Shown here: positions 29,825 through 38,982 of the stretch, piece by piece | Layout: every line of letters starts with the position of its first letter | Position numbering within the stretch: the first letter of the stretch is position 1 | Source: a bacterium | GTDB taxonomy: Bacteria > Electryoneota > Electryoneia > Electryoneales > Electryoneaceae | Length of the DNA stretch: 64,000 bases | NCBI GenBank assembly: GCA_963669175.1 | Contig: OY769902.1 | Coordinates: 3,584,001-3,648,000, forward strand | Direction of reading: 5' to 3' | Notes under the pieces: generated by a model | The model's input: only the letters and a program-made list of their open reading frames with translations | Databases searched by the model: none | What the model was told of the DNA's origin: nothing | Program-made: the position numbers and the translations under genes

Positions 29825-31201
29825 CTACAACACTACTTCCCGTGTTGATGATTCCTGGTAATTCCGGTTTATCCATCTCCAGAGCACAAAATAAACCAGG
29901 ATACCGGCAATCATTCTCCCGCCAGCAAACCCGGAAAACATTCCAGTTAAACCGTACCAAGTGGAGCCAGCCCAACTCAATGGAATGATAAACAGAAACA
30001 TCCGAAACAGGTTGTACACCAATCCCCGTCCGGCATGACGTAAGGCATTCAGCGAGTTTACAGATATACTGAATAAGGTATCAAAGACGAAACCGATTAT
30101 TCCGATATGCAGGAAAAGAACCAGTGGGGCAATTACGGCTTCTTCATCCGCAAATGCTTTTGCCAGAGGCTGCGCCGCGAGCATGATCAGTCCCAGGATA
30201 ACGACACTGACAACCAGGACAAACTTTGCTGACAGGCTGATGCCACGTTTCATCCGGTCATACCGTCCGGCCCCTGCATTCTGCCCCACGAATACTGTTA
30301 ATCCGGTTCCAACAGCCACCGGCAGCATCATGGCAAACATCTCGATACGTGTTCCGGCTCCATAAGCAGCAACCGCCTCATGACCATGGACAGCGATAAT
30401 CTTGGTCAGGATTCCTGCCGTAACCGGTAACATGATCATCGTCAGCGCAGCAGGCCCACCGACCTCAAATATATGCCACCAGCGCGCTATCATCCTCTTC
30501 ATGTTGGGCGGTTTGATTGAAACGAGCTTGTCACGGACCACCAGGATATACAGCGCAGCAAAAACAGTTGTTACTCGTGCGATAACTGTCGCCAGCGCCG
30601 CACCTTTTACTCCCATTTCCGGGAATGGTCCAACACCGAAGATCATCAATGGATCAAGAATAATGTTGATAACCGAAGCAATTCCCATGATCCACGCCGG
30701 CGCTACGGAATCTCCTGTACCGCGTATCGCTGAATTGCCTACCATGGGAATAACAACAGCAGCAGCCCCAAGATACCAGATACGCATATATTCCCGAATA
30801 ATGGGCATGATTTCCGGTTCAGCGCCCAACAACCTGAAAATAGGATCTATTGTCGCCAGTCCAAGAAATGTGAACACAACAACGATCCCCATTGCCAGCA
30901 TAAGACCATCACGTGCAAACAAACGCACTTGTCCCATGTCATCCTTGCCGACAAGCTGAGAAATTGACGCGGTTAAGCCCACGCCAATCCCCATGGTGAT
31001 GCCATTCAACAACATCACAACAGGAAAAGTGAAACTGAGCGCCGCCAGCTCCTCGCTTCCCAACTGTGAAACATACCATGTATCCGCGAGATTGAACGCA
31101 TTCATTGCCAAGATGCCGAAAAACATGGGCATGGCAAGCGTATATATTGCACGTCCGATTGGTCCGTTTACAACAATATCTCGTCTGGCTTTCCCGTTCG
31201 T
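29825..31201 (-). CDS. MATE family efflux transporter (probable start ACG 31201; first ATG 31132)
   Basis: About 12 TM; DTWYVSQLG, RGTGD, NIILDPLMIFG, GQNAGA motifs; GPIGRAIYTLAMPM lies upstream of the first ATG. Confidence 0.88.
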   Translation of the reverse strand, partial: TNGKARRDIVVNGPIGRAIYTLAMPMFFGILAMNAFNLADTWYVSQLGSEELAALSFTFPVVMLLNGITMGIGVGLTASISQLVGKDDMGQVRLFARDGLMLAMGIVVVFTFLGLATIDPIFRLLGAEPEIMPIIREYMRIWYLGAAAVVIPMVGNSAIRGTGDSVAPAWIMGIASVINIILDPLMIFGVGPFPEMGVKGAALATVIARVTTVFAALYILVVRDKLVSIKPPNMKRMIARWWHIFEVGGPAALTMIMLPVTAGILTKIIAVHGHEAVAAYGAGTRIEMFAMMLPVAVGTGLTVFVGQNAGAGRYDRMKRGISLSAKFVLVVSVVILGLIMLAAQPLAKAFADEEAVIAPLVLFLHIGIIGFVFDTLFSISVNSLNALRHAGRGLVYNLFRMFLFIIPLSWAGSTWYGLTGMFSGFAGGRMIAGILVYFVLWRWINRNYQESSTREVVL

Positions 31202-31455
31202 AGTATTTATCTCCTTCTGGTTCCCAGCAAGTTCACAGAATCCTTCACCGAGCGCAACCTGAAATCGTTCCCGGTTCTCGCCTCACAGTCCTCACGCTCT
31301 TACTGCTTGCCATGAGTTTAAAAGGTATGATCACTTCAGGAGGTTGCTGCACTATACCTGGAATATCATACATCCTGTCAATATTTACTGCATTTGCAAC
31401 AATGATAATGCGACCTTGCCAACTCTGAAACATTGCTCACCAGTTTGGTATATTC

Positions 31456-31701
31456 CTATACCATTGCCTTTTCCCGCCGGTTGATATGTATCGCCTCTTC
31501 CTGGCAGGCTTTAATACATTTCAAACAACCCGTGCAGTTTTCAGCATGCTCTATTCGTACATGCTTGTGGAAAGGAATATCAATCTTCCCAAGTACGCCG
31601 TTCTTGCATGCTTCCACACAATTCCAGCAGGCGATACACCGCGGCGGAAAGATCTCGATATGATCCGTATGATGTACCTTTTTCCTGTGAAACAGCTTCA
31701 T
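31456..31701 (-). CDS. 2x[4Fe-4S] ferredoxin-like protein
   Basis: CIACWNCVEAC and CTGCLKCIKAC; ATGA overlap with marR-type gene. Confidence 0.88.
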   Translation of the reverse strand: MKLFHRKKVHHTDHIEIFPPRCIACWNCVEACKNGVLGKIDIPFHKHVRIEHAENCTGCLKCIKACQEEAIHINRREKAMV

Positions 31702-32204
31702 TCGGGCCCTCTGTCTGACATGCCCCAATCTGATTGTCCATCTCGATACAAGTCATCAAGAAAACCTCGTACCGTTTGTAAAACCTTCACCGTAGTCGCT
31801 ATCTCATCCTTGTCCAACCGTTCTGCGAAAAGGTTTTCCAGCTCATGAACACGACTATGTGTTGTTTGGAAAAGTCTGATCCCTTCTTCTGTCAGGGCAA
31901 CGTAGCTTCGCCTGGCGTCTCGCTGATCAGGGACACGTTGAACCAGTCCCTCCTCTTCCAGCGCCTTCACCTGCCGTACTACCGCCGCTGCGTTTATGTT
32001 GAGAATTCGGGCCAGATCCATGATCCCCAGCTCTCGCTCAGAAGCAGCCAGCAGCCTCATCAGTCCGAACCGTGACGACGGCATCCCTACTGTTCGGGAG
32101 AATCCAGCCATCAACGCCCGGTTTGTCCGTACGATCGTCCTGAATAAATGCGGCTCATCACCATGATGATGAACCTGATCCAAAAGTGGTTTCTTCTTTT
32201 CCAT
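31698..32204 (-). CDS. MarR family transcriptional regulator
   Basis: wHTH with LEEEGLVQR...DARRSYVALTEEG. Confidence 0.92.
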   Translation of the reverse strand: MEKKKPLLDQVHHHGDEPHLFRTIVRTNRALMAGFSRTVGMPSSRFGLMRLLAASERELGIMDLARILNINAAAVVRQVKALEEEGLVQRVPDQRDARRSYVALTEEGIRLFQTTHSRVHELENLFAERLDKDEIATTVKVLQTVRGFLDDLYRDGQSDWGMSDRGPE

Positions 32205-32222
32205 GACAGAATATAGATCACG

Positions 32223-32241
32223 TCATTGACTATGTCAATGA
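32223..32241. promoter_or_regulatory. Putative MarR operator
   Basis: Perfect palindrome TCATTGAC-N3-GTCAATGA about 19 nt upstream of the MarR start. Confidence 0.65.
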
Positions 32242-32364
32242 TTTGGTCTATATTTTTTGCTCCATGAGAGGTTATATCCCAAATTTCTTTTTAGGACACA
32301 GCGATTGGTTATGGCTTTGGGAGGTGATATAACTTGAAGGACACGAAAAACAGGAAGCACAACC

Positions 32365-32453
32365 GTGTGGCCCGGCGTGCTCGCACCCGGGCATTGCAAA
32401 GCACGCTGGTGTGAGTATGACAACAGCCCGGGTGCAAGCACACCGGGCCACAC
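32365..32453. repeat. REP-doublet-like inverted repeat
   Basis: 28-bp arms GTGTGGCCCGGCGTGCTCGCACCCGGGC / GCCCGGGTGCAAGCACACCGGGCCACAC (26/28 match). Confidence 0.7.
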
Positions 32454-32501
32454 AAGATAGAAATTATCGGTTCCTCACTAGATTTTATGCATCCGCGAAA
32501 T

Positions 32502-32762
32502 GTTGTGGCAGGTCTTGACGCGACAGTCCATCTTCGATTTTAGGTATGTTTTCCTGAATGCACGATAGTACAGAAACCGCCTCTCAACAAATTTTCGTCG
32601 CGTTGTGACCTGCCACTTGTATCAGAATTCTCGCAGTCGTCAGGTCACAACGTGATGCCTTATGACAAGCTATTATACGAAATAGTAGTTGTGAAGTCGT
32701 ACAGGTGTTTGAAATTGCAGTAAAAAACAAGAAAAGGGCATCGCGTCAAGACCTGACGAAAC
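32502..32762. repeat. Four-unit REP-like cassette (family B, copy 2)
   Basis: Units 32502-32524, 32596-32616, 32636-32658, 32738-32762 are reverse-complement homologues of the units at 3582-3815. Confidence 0.75.
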
Positions 32763-32831
32763 GAGCGCCTCGATTGTTTGCACATATTTTTGTGAGCAGC
32801 AAAATTATTTTCTTTCACTACTCGATTTTCA

Positions 32832-33209
32832 TTATTTCTCCGCTTTTTCAACTGTTTTCCCGGCTCCCTTTGGCCGAACACCCTTCAGATACGAAACAAA
32901 GGCCAATACCGCTCTTTGTTCCTCCTCGCTCAACTCCTCATGCCGCAACGCGGCTTCGAGAAACGTCGGCTTCCCCCCTTCGCCCGATACTCCCGGCACG
33001 ATATAATCGGCCAGTTCCATCAGACGTTCGTACGGGGTATCCAGTACCTCCGCCAGACGTTTCAACACTCGTGGTGATGGACTCTGTACCATACCATTCT
33101 CCAGTTTCTGCAAGTACGCCGTGGAAATCTTCGCCGGTTCCGACACTGCCGCCAGGCTCAATCCACGCGCTGTACGAACCGCTTTTAACTCCTGCCCCAG
33201 CTTTTCCAT
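32832..33209 (-). CDS. XRE/HTH transcriptional regulator
   Basis: LKAVRTARGLSL...ISTAYLQKLENG...PSPRVLKRLAEVL HTH_3 pattern. Confidence 0.9.
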   Translation of the reverse strand: MEKLGQELKAVRTARGLSLAAVSEPAKISTAYLQKLENGMVQSPSPRVLKRLAEVLDTPYERLMELADYIVPGVSGEGGKPTFLEAALRHEELSEEEQRAVLAFVSYLKGVRPKGAGKTVEKAEK

Positions 33210-33223
33210 GCTCCCTCGATATC

Positions 33224-33253
33224 CACTATAGTTACCACTAATTTACTATAGTG
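33224..33253. promoter_or_regulatory. Putative XRE operator
   Basis: CACTATAGT-N12-ACTATAGTG inverted repeat just upstream of the XRE gene. Confidence 0.5.
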
Positions 33254-33408
33254 TACCACCCAAGTCAAGGATCACTACAATGGATTTTTCGTTTACCATG
33301 TTATTTCCTGTTGCTCTTTACCATTCCTGGCGTTAATTTTAAGTATCCTGCATCGACAAACGCATCCCCTGTTTCGTTTTGCCAATACCTGTGCTTTGGG
33401 GAACTTGT

Positions 33409-33849
33409 ATGCGTTCTATGCTGACCTGGCTTCTTTTGCTGTTCGTGCTGGCACTGTGCGGATGCGCTGAGAACAACGCTGTGAATACCAGTGAACCGAT
33501 GACATACCTGGTAACACTGGTCGATCCTCCCTGTTCACCCTTTACTGTGACCTTCACCAGGGACAATCCGCCCGACACCTTACGAATCCGTCTGCAGGTG
33601 TTTTGCGATGGTGAGCCTGCTGTTGGTCTGCCCTGGCGTACCCCGGAGATCGAGACTTCGCTGGATGGCTATGTGTTGACACCGATTATCCAGACTGATG
33701 CGGGAGGCTATGTTGACTTGGTTCTGTCTGACCTGGATTGGGGAAATTCTACAGGTGACCACTACGTGCAAGTGCCACTGTATTTCGAAGCGGAATACTG
33801 GGAAGCTGAGGTGGATACAGTGGAAGTGTACTATGTGCTGGAACAGTAA
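33409..33849 (+). CDS. Hypothetical lipoprotein
   Basis: Hydrophobic signal with LCGC lipobox; beta-rich mature domain. Confidence 0.7.
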   Translation: MRSMLTWLLLLFVLALCGCAENNAVNTSEPMTYLVTLVDPPCSPFTVTFTRDNPPDTLRIRLQVFCDGEPAVGLPWRTPEIETSLDGYVLTPIIQTDAGGYVDLVLSDLDWGNSTGDHYVQVPLYFEAEYWEAEVDTVEVYYVLEQ

Positions 33850-33853
33850 ACCG

Positions 33854-34096
33854 GAAAATCGGGACTGCTACTCTTTTCTGCCAGCGACATTTCCTAAACA
33901 CAAACCAATGTCTGGCTGCACTGATAAAGACTTGACTTCATAGTACAATAAAGCAGAAAAGGTAGCTGTCCCAGGATTTTCCGGTTAGTATCGATCTTCA
34001 CACGGGTGAAAAATCTGGTACAGTTACCTTTTCACCAATTTCTGATTTAAAATCCTGTGCTTATTTAAGATGAAAAGGTAACAGTCCCATTTTTCA
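33854..34096. repeat. RAYT-flanking repeat cassette (family A, left)
   Basis: Four ~27-bp units GAAAA..GGGAC(T/A)G(C/T)TAC..TTTTC in two inverted pairs; direct repeat of 34847-35090. Confidence 0.85.
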
Positions 34097-34157
34097 CCCA
34101 ACTTTTCTTTCATCAACCAATAGCTACCAGAACAATTCTTTCTCAATCCATACATAT

Positions 34158-34820
34158 TCAAGATTTCGGCCGTCCTGGTCCTGATCTCGGGAATTTCTTG
34201 CCAATAACCAATTCCTGGTTGTTTATCCATTCTTCCGACGCGTAGGGTCTTCCACTTTCAGTTGCTCGTTTGAGTGCATCAAGTGTTTCTGTTTCTTGCT
34301 TCATATTGAGGATAGCAGGCCAATCCGCAATTGTTTCCTCATCCGGCCATTTTGCATCTGTCTCCAAAACATCCAATTTCCCGGACAAATGTTTTAAAGC
34401 GCTTGACCAAGGCCATTGATCAGGCGTTTTTACTAATCCGCATCGAACCGGATTATTCTCAACATAATTCGCAGCACGATATAAATGTACGGATTCCATA
34501 GCACAAGAGTAGAATCTTCCTTGCCACAGATGGCCAGAACGCGCGTCAAGTTCGTTTCTATAACGTGTATACATCATATTGGTTCTTGAAACAGTATTTG
34601 TAAGTGAGGTTTCTTCTGTAGGATATGCTATCAGATGAATATGATTCGGCATTATACAATAGCAATAAATTTGTAATTTATACCGGCTCGCATACTTTTT
34701 CAGGAAAGACAAATAAATCTGATAATCTTTAGTTTCGAAGAATATCTTTTGTCTATTGTTCCCTCGCTGAGTAACATGATATGGTACTTCAGGAATAATG
34801 ATTCGTCCAATCCTAGACAT
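34158..34820 (-). CDS. REP-associated tyrosine transposase (RAYT, Y1/HUH)
   Basis: YHVTQRGNNR, MPNHIHL (HUH), LWQGRF, YVENNPVR, WPWSS. Confidence 0.9.
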   Translation of the reverse strand: MSRIGRIIIPEVPYHVTQRGNNRQKIFFETKDYQIYLSFLKKYASRYKLQIYCYCIMPNHIHLIAYPTEETSLTNTVSRTNMMYTRYRNELDARSGHLWQGRFYSCAMESVHLYRAANYVENNPVRCGLVKTPDQWPWSSALKHLSGKLDVLETDAKWPDEETIADWPAILNMKQETETLDALKRATESGRPYASEEWINNQELVIGKKFPRSGPGRPKS

Positions 34821-34846
34821 AATATCCCTCCATTCTTGTTGTACAG

Positions 34847-35090
34847 GAAAATCGGGACTGCTACTCTTTTCTGCCAGAGATATTCACTGAACACATTGTC
34901 AATGTCTGACTGCACTAATGAATACTGGTTTTTATAGCTTAAAAAAGCAGAAAAGGTAGCTGTCCCAGGATTTTCTAGCTGATCTCACGCGAAGACCATG
35001 TGAAAAATCCGGGACAGTTACCTTTTCGACTATTACTGATTTGAAGTCCTGTATGTACTGATGATGAAAAGGTAACAGTCCCATTTTTCA
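34847..35090. repeat. RAYT-flanking repeat cassette (family A, right)
   Basis: Same four units and similar spacers as 33854-34096. Confidence 0.85.
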
Positions 35091-35157
35091 CCATACAGTC
35101 ACATTTTTCACGCAACTGCTTTTCTACCCAACTATCCTTTGCTCATATCAATAAATC

Positions 35158-35748
35158 TTACACCGCTTCTCTACCCTTCTTAAACGCGGCTACGTTCAGA
35201 TCGATCGTTTTCGGCGGTACCATCTTACGGATCATGTCCAGCCAAGCCTCTTCCGGGATATCCAAGCCGTTGGACATGGCGCCGAGCAGGATGGTATTGG
35301 TCAGGCGCGGGTTGCCGAGTTCCAGCGCGATCGCTTCCGCGTCGATGGTCACCAGACGGCCGGCGCAGATGCCTTTCGTCTGTTCCAGGGCGTCTGTCGG
35401 GTATTGTGGGGCTTTACGTCCCCCACCTGACGGCGGTTTGATCTGCTGGGTCGAGGCGATCATCAGGCCGCCTTCTTTGACCTCATGCGCCCAACGCAGG
35501 GCTTCAGCCGCTTCGAAGGCCAGCAGAACATCGGTCTGGCCGGAGGCGATCAACGGGCTGTTGACTTTGGTTCCGAAACGGACGTGGCTGGAAACCACAC
35601 CGCCACGCTGGCTCATGCCGTGAATCTCGGACTTCTTCACATCGTATCCGGCTTCGGTGGCGACGGCACACATGATGTTGGACGCCAGCACGACGCCCTG
35701 ACCACCGACACCCACGATCAGCACATTATACATGGTATCGTTGCTCAT
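35158..35748 (-). CDS. iorB: Indolepyruvate:ferredoxin oxidoreductase beta subunit
   Basis: GVGGQG, SEIHGMSQRGG, EALR; ATGA overlap with iorA. Confidence 0.93.
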   Translation of the reverse strand: MSNDTMYNVLIVGVGGQGVVLASNIMCAVATEAGYDVKKSEIHGMSQRGGVVSSHVRFGTKVNSPLIASGQTDVLLAFEAAEALRWAHEVKEGGLMIASTQQIKPPSGGGRKAPQYPTDALEQTKGICAGRLVTIDAEAIALELGNPRLTNTILLGAMSNGLDIPEEAWLDMIRKMVPPKTIDLNVAAFKKGREAV

Positions 35749-37535
35749 GCTGTCACCTCCTCGTTCATCGGGTGAATCGCATCCACCGGGCAGACCTGCG
35801 AACACAGGGTACAACCGGTACAGGCGGACGGATCAATGGCCGCGATTGCCAGGCCCTTTTTCGTCTTGTTACCACTGTCGATAATGGCAGGGCAACCGAT
35901 CTTCAGGCACTTGCCGCAGCCGTTACAATCTTCGTTGACCACGTAAGCGTTCGGACGGATTTTCTTCGGGAACAATGCGCAGGCACGGCGAGCAATCACA
36001 ACTGCCGGGCCTTCGAAATCAATCGCCGACTTGAGTTGCTCAACGGCCTTTTCATAGTCATAAGTGTCCAGCACTTCGAGCTTTTCAACCCCGATCCCCT
36101 TACAAACCTTGATCAGGTCGGCCGCGGGAACGGTATTGCCCATCAGGTCGATCCCGGTTTGTGGGTTGACCTGACCGCCGGTCATGGCGGTAATGCTGTT
36201 GTCTACGATGACTACGGTCGCGTTGGCGTTGGTTGTCACCAGGTCCAGCAAGCCGGTAATGCCGCTATGCATGAAGGTGCCGTCACCGATAACCGCTACG
36301 GCCGGATTCTTCTGCTCCTCCTGGTTCAACGAAGCGCCTACCGCGTTGCCGATACTCGCGCCCATACAGAAACAGGTATGGACCGTTTCCAGCGGCGGTA
36401 AAGCTGCGAGGGTATAACAGCCGATATCGCCGAATACGTCCGCGTTGACTTTCTTGAGCGCCATGTAAATGCCACGGTGCGGGCAACCGGCACAAAGGAC
36501 CGGCGGACGTGGGATCGAAGGTGTGCCCTGCTTGACAACCGGCGCCTTGTCCAGGATTCCGGCTTCGAACAGGCCCTGCGCTACCTTGTCCAGGTTCAGT
36601 TCGCCTTCACGCGGGAAATACTTCTTGCCTTCCACCTGCAGGCCAATGATCTTCGCCTCATCCTCGAGGAAGGGTTCCAGCTCTTCTACTACCAGCACAC
36701 GTTCGCAGTACTCGGCCAGCTTGTGTGCTTTTTCTGCCGGGAACGGCCAGACAAGGCCAATCTTCAGGAAACTGGCGTCGGGCAACAGTTCCTTTACATA
36801 CTGATAGGCAACACCGCTGGTGATAATACCGATTTTCTTGTCCTTGAGATCAAGGATGTTGCCTTCCCATTCATCGCTGAACTTCGCCATATCCAGCGCG
36901 CGCTGTTCAGCGAATGTGTGACGTGGACGGGCAAAATTCGGCATCATGACGAAACGGCTGATCTCACGTTCAAAGGTCTTTCCCTTGACCGGTTCAGCCC
37001 ATTCACCGAGTTCCACCAACCCTTGCGCGTGTGCGATGCGTGTCGTTTCACGCAACATCACCGGCGTATTGAACTTCTCCGAAATTTCGAAGGCCAGTTT
37101 CGTATAGTCGTGAGCATCCTGGCTGTCGCTGGGATCGAACACCGGCATCTTGGCGAACTTGCCGATAATGCGGTTATCCTGTTCGTTCTGGCTGGAGTGC
37201 ATGTCCGGGTCGTCCGCGCTGACCAGGACAAAGCCGCCGCGCACACCGCTGTAGGTGAAGGTCATCAACGGATCCATGGCCACGTTGACACCGACATGCT
37301 TCATGGTTACCAGCGTACGACTACCGGCAACAGAAGCGCCAATGCCTACTTCAACCGCGACTTTTTCGTTGGGTGACCACTTGGCATAAATCCCCGGGAA
37401 TTTAACGAAAGCATCGAGGATCTCGCTGGATGGGGTGCCCGGATAGCCAACGCCGAAATAGCAGCCGGCTTCACGGGCGCCATGCGCGATCGCATCGTTG
37501 CCGAACATCAGCACCTTGTTCTTGTTGTCACTCAT
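35745..37535 (-). CDS. iorA: Indolepyruvate:ferredoxin oxidoreductase alpha subunit
   Basis: YPGTPSSE, MKHVG, SSQNEQD, CAGCPH, GDIGCY, GDGTF TPP motif, two C-terminal 4Fe-4S motifs. Confidence 0.95.
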   Translation of the reverse strand: MSDNKNKVLMFGNDAIAHGAREAGCYFGVGYPGTPSSEILDAFVKFPGIYAKWSPNEKVAVEVGIGASVAGSRTLVTMKHVGVNVAMDPLMTFTYSGVRGGFVLVSADDPDMHSSQNEQDNRIIGKFAKMPVFDPSDSQDAHDYTKLAFEISEKFNTPVMLRETTRIAHAQGLVELGEWAEPVKGKTFEREISRFVMMPNFARPRHTFAEQRALDMAKFSDEWEGNILDLKDKKIGIITSGVAYQYVKELLPDASFLKIGLVWPFPAEKAHKLAEYCERVLVVEELEPFLEDEAKIIGLQVEGKKYFPREGELNLDKVAQGLFEAGILDKAPVVKQGTPSIPRPPVLCAGCPHRGIYMALKKVNADVFGDIGCYTLAALPPLETVHTCFCMGASIGNAVGASLNQEEQKNPAVAVIGDGTFMHSGITGLLDLVTTNANATVVIVDNSITAMTGGQVNPQTGIDLMGNTVPAADLIKVCKGIGVEKLEVLDTYDYEKAVEQLKSAIDFEGPAVVIARRACALFPKKIRPNAYVVNEDCNGCGKCLKIGCPAIIDSGNKTKKGLAIAAIDPSACTGCTLCSQVCPVDAIHPMNEEVTA

Positions 37536-38599
37536 CCCTTACTCCCGTATTGCTTGGCTTCTTCTTCTCCACGAAGTACCCTCAACGCACCCTGCGCCAT
37601 TGAGAGCATCTCTTCTTCCCCGGGATAGTAGAACATCCGTCCCAGGAAACTGACATATTTCGTAATCTCATCGTACAATCGTTTTGAAAACATCATGCCG
37701 CCGGTCATCAGGATACCGTCCAGCCCACCGTGCAATACTGCAGCCATGGCGCCGATTTCCTTGGCGACCTGGTAGGCCAGAGCTTCCCACACAAGCAACG
37801 CCTGTTCATTGCCATCATCAATCATCTTTTCTACTTCGACCAGGTTGGCCGTGCCGAAATAGCCGACAAATCCACTTTCACGCGCCAGGATCCGCCGTGC
37901 ATCATCGTAGCCCTTTTCCTTACAAAGCTTCAGAACACCCTTCAGCGGAAGCGCGCCAGCACGTTCCGGCCCGAACGGTCCCATACCGAGCTGGGCATCG
38001 TTGACATCGGCAATACGTCCACCATCCAGCGCCGCTACCGATATCCCGCTTCCCATATGGCAGACCACAAACCTGGTGTCCGGAATCGGCTTGTCCAACT
38101 CTTTTGCAGCACGTCGGACAATCGCCTTGATGTTCAACGCATGCGAACGACACAAGCGTTCGATTCCGACAGCGCCGCTGATACGCGGAATCGGACCGAA
38201 TTCATCCGTGGTCACCGGATCAACAATGATGGCGGGAATCCCCAGGGCATCGGCGAAACGCTTGGCAAGCATCGGCCCCAGGTTGCTGGCATGTTCGCCA
38301 TGACGCGCGTTGCTAACATCGTCCAGCAATTCGTCGTCGATAGTATAGACGCCACCGGCGATGGGACGAACCAGGCCGCCACGGCCTATGACAATCTTCC
38401 AGCCATCACGAAATTCGTCGGGAATTGCAGCCTTAATTTGTTCGTAACGGAAATCCAGTTGCGCTGCAACCGTAGGATACTGCTTCAACTGCTGTACGTC
38501 GTGAGTCGTATTCTCTTTCCAGAGTTCCCGTTCTCCATCGAATACTGCAACCTTCGTGGAGGTGGAGCCGGGATTGATTACAAACACGCCCTCTTTCAC
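37532..38599 (-). CDS. buk: Butyrate (branched-chain carboxylate) kinase
   Basis: INPGSTSTK, GRGG, HASNLG, HALN, HMGSGIS, PERAG, YPGEEE. Confidence 0.93.
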   Translation of the reverse strand: MKEGVFVINPGSTSTKVAVFDGERELWKENTTHDVQQLKQYPTVAAQLDFRYEQIKAAIPDEFRDGWKIVIGRGGLVRPIAGGVYTIDDELLDDVSNARHGEHASNLGPMLAKRFADALGIPAIIVDPVTTDEFGPIPRISGAVGIERLCRSHALNIKAIVRRAAKELDKPIPDTRFVVCHMGSGISVAALDGGRIADVNDAQLGMGPFGPERAGALPLKGVLKLCKEKGYDDARRILARESGFVGYFGTANLVEVEKMIDDGNEQALLVWEALAYQVAKEIGAMAAVLHGGLDGILMTGGMMFSKRLYDEITKYVSFLGRMFYYPGEEEMLSMAQGALRVLRGEEEAKQYGSKG

Positions 38600-38982
38600 G
38601 GCAAGCTCCTTCTTTCAGTGCAGAGTTTTTGAGGTTTCACAAGATAGGGTAAGAGTGACAAGAAGGCAAAAGCCTGAAACGGACATCACTTACGCCTAAC
38701 CTATTCTATTTCAACAGGTAAGAAAAAGTTGATGCTCCCAGTTTGTGCATTTTTATCACATGCAAAGATGCTCTCCCAACTCATTTAATAAGGTTAGAGG
38801 CACCAAATAAAAAGTTGAGAAATCGCTGTTCATTTTTAACATTCCATTTGTGCGGTATCAGCGACTATTCTATAGAGACGGAAAATGCTGTTACTGGCAG
38901 CACATTGAACCAGCAACTTGCATAAAGAATCGCTCAAACGTACTTTCTCCGGCAAACCTGATCCCACGGAGGAACTCTGTCG

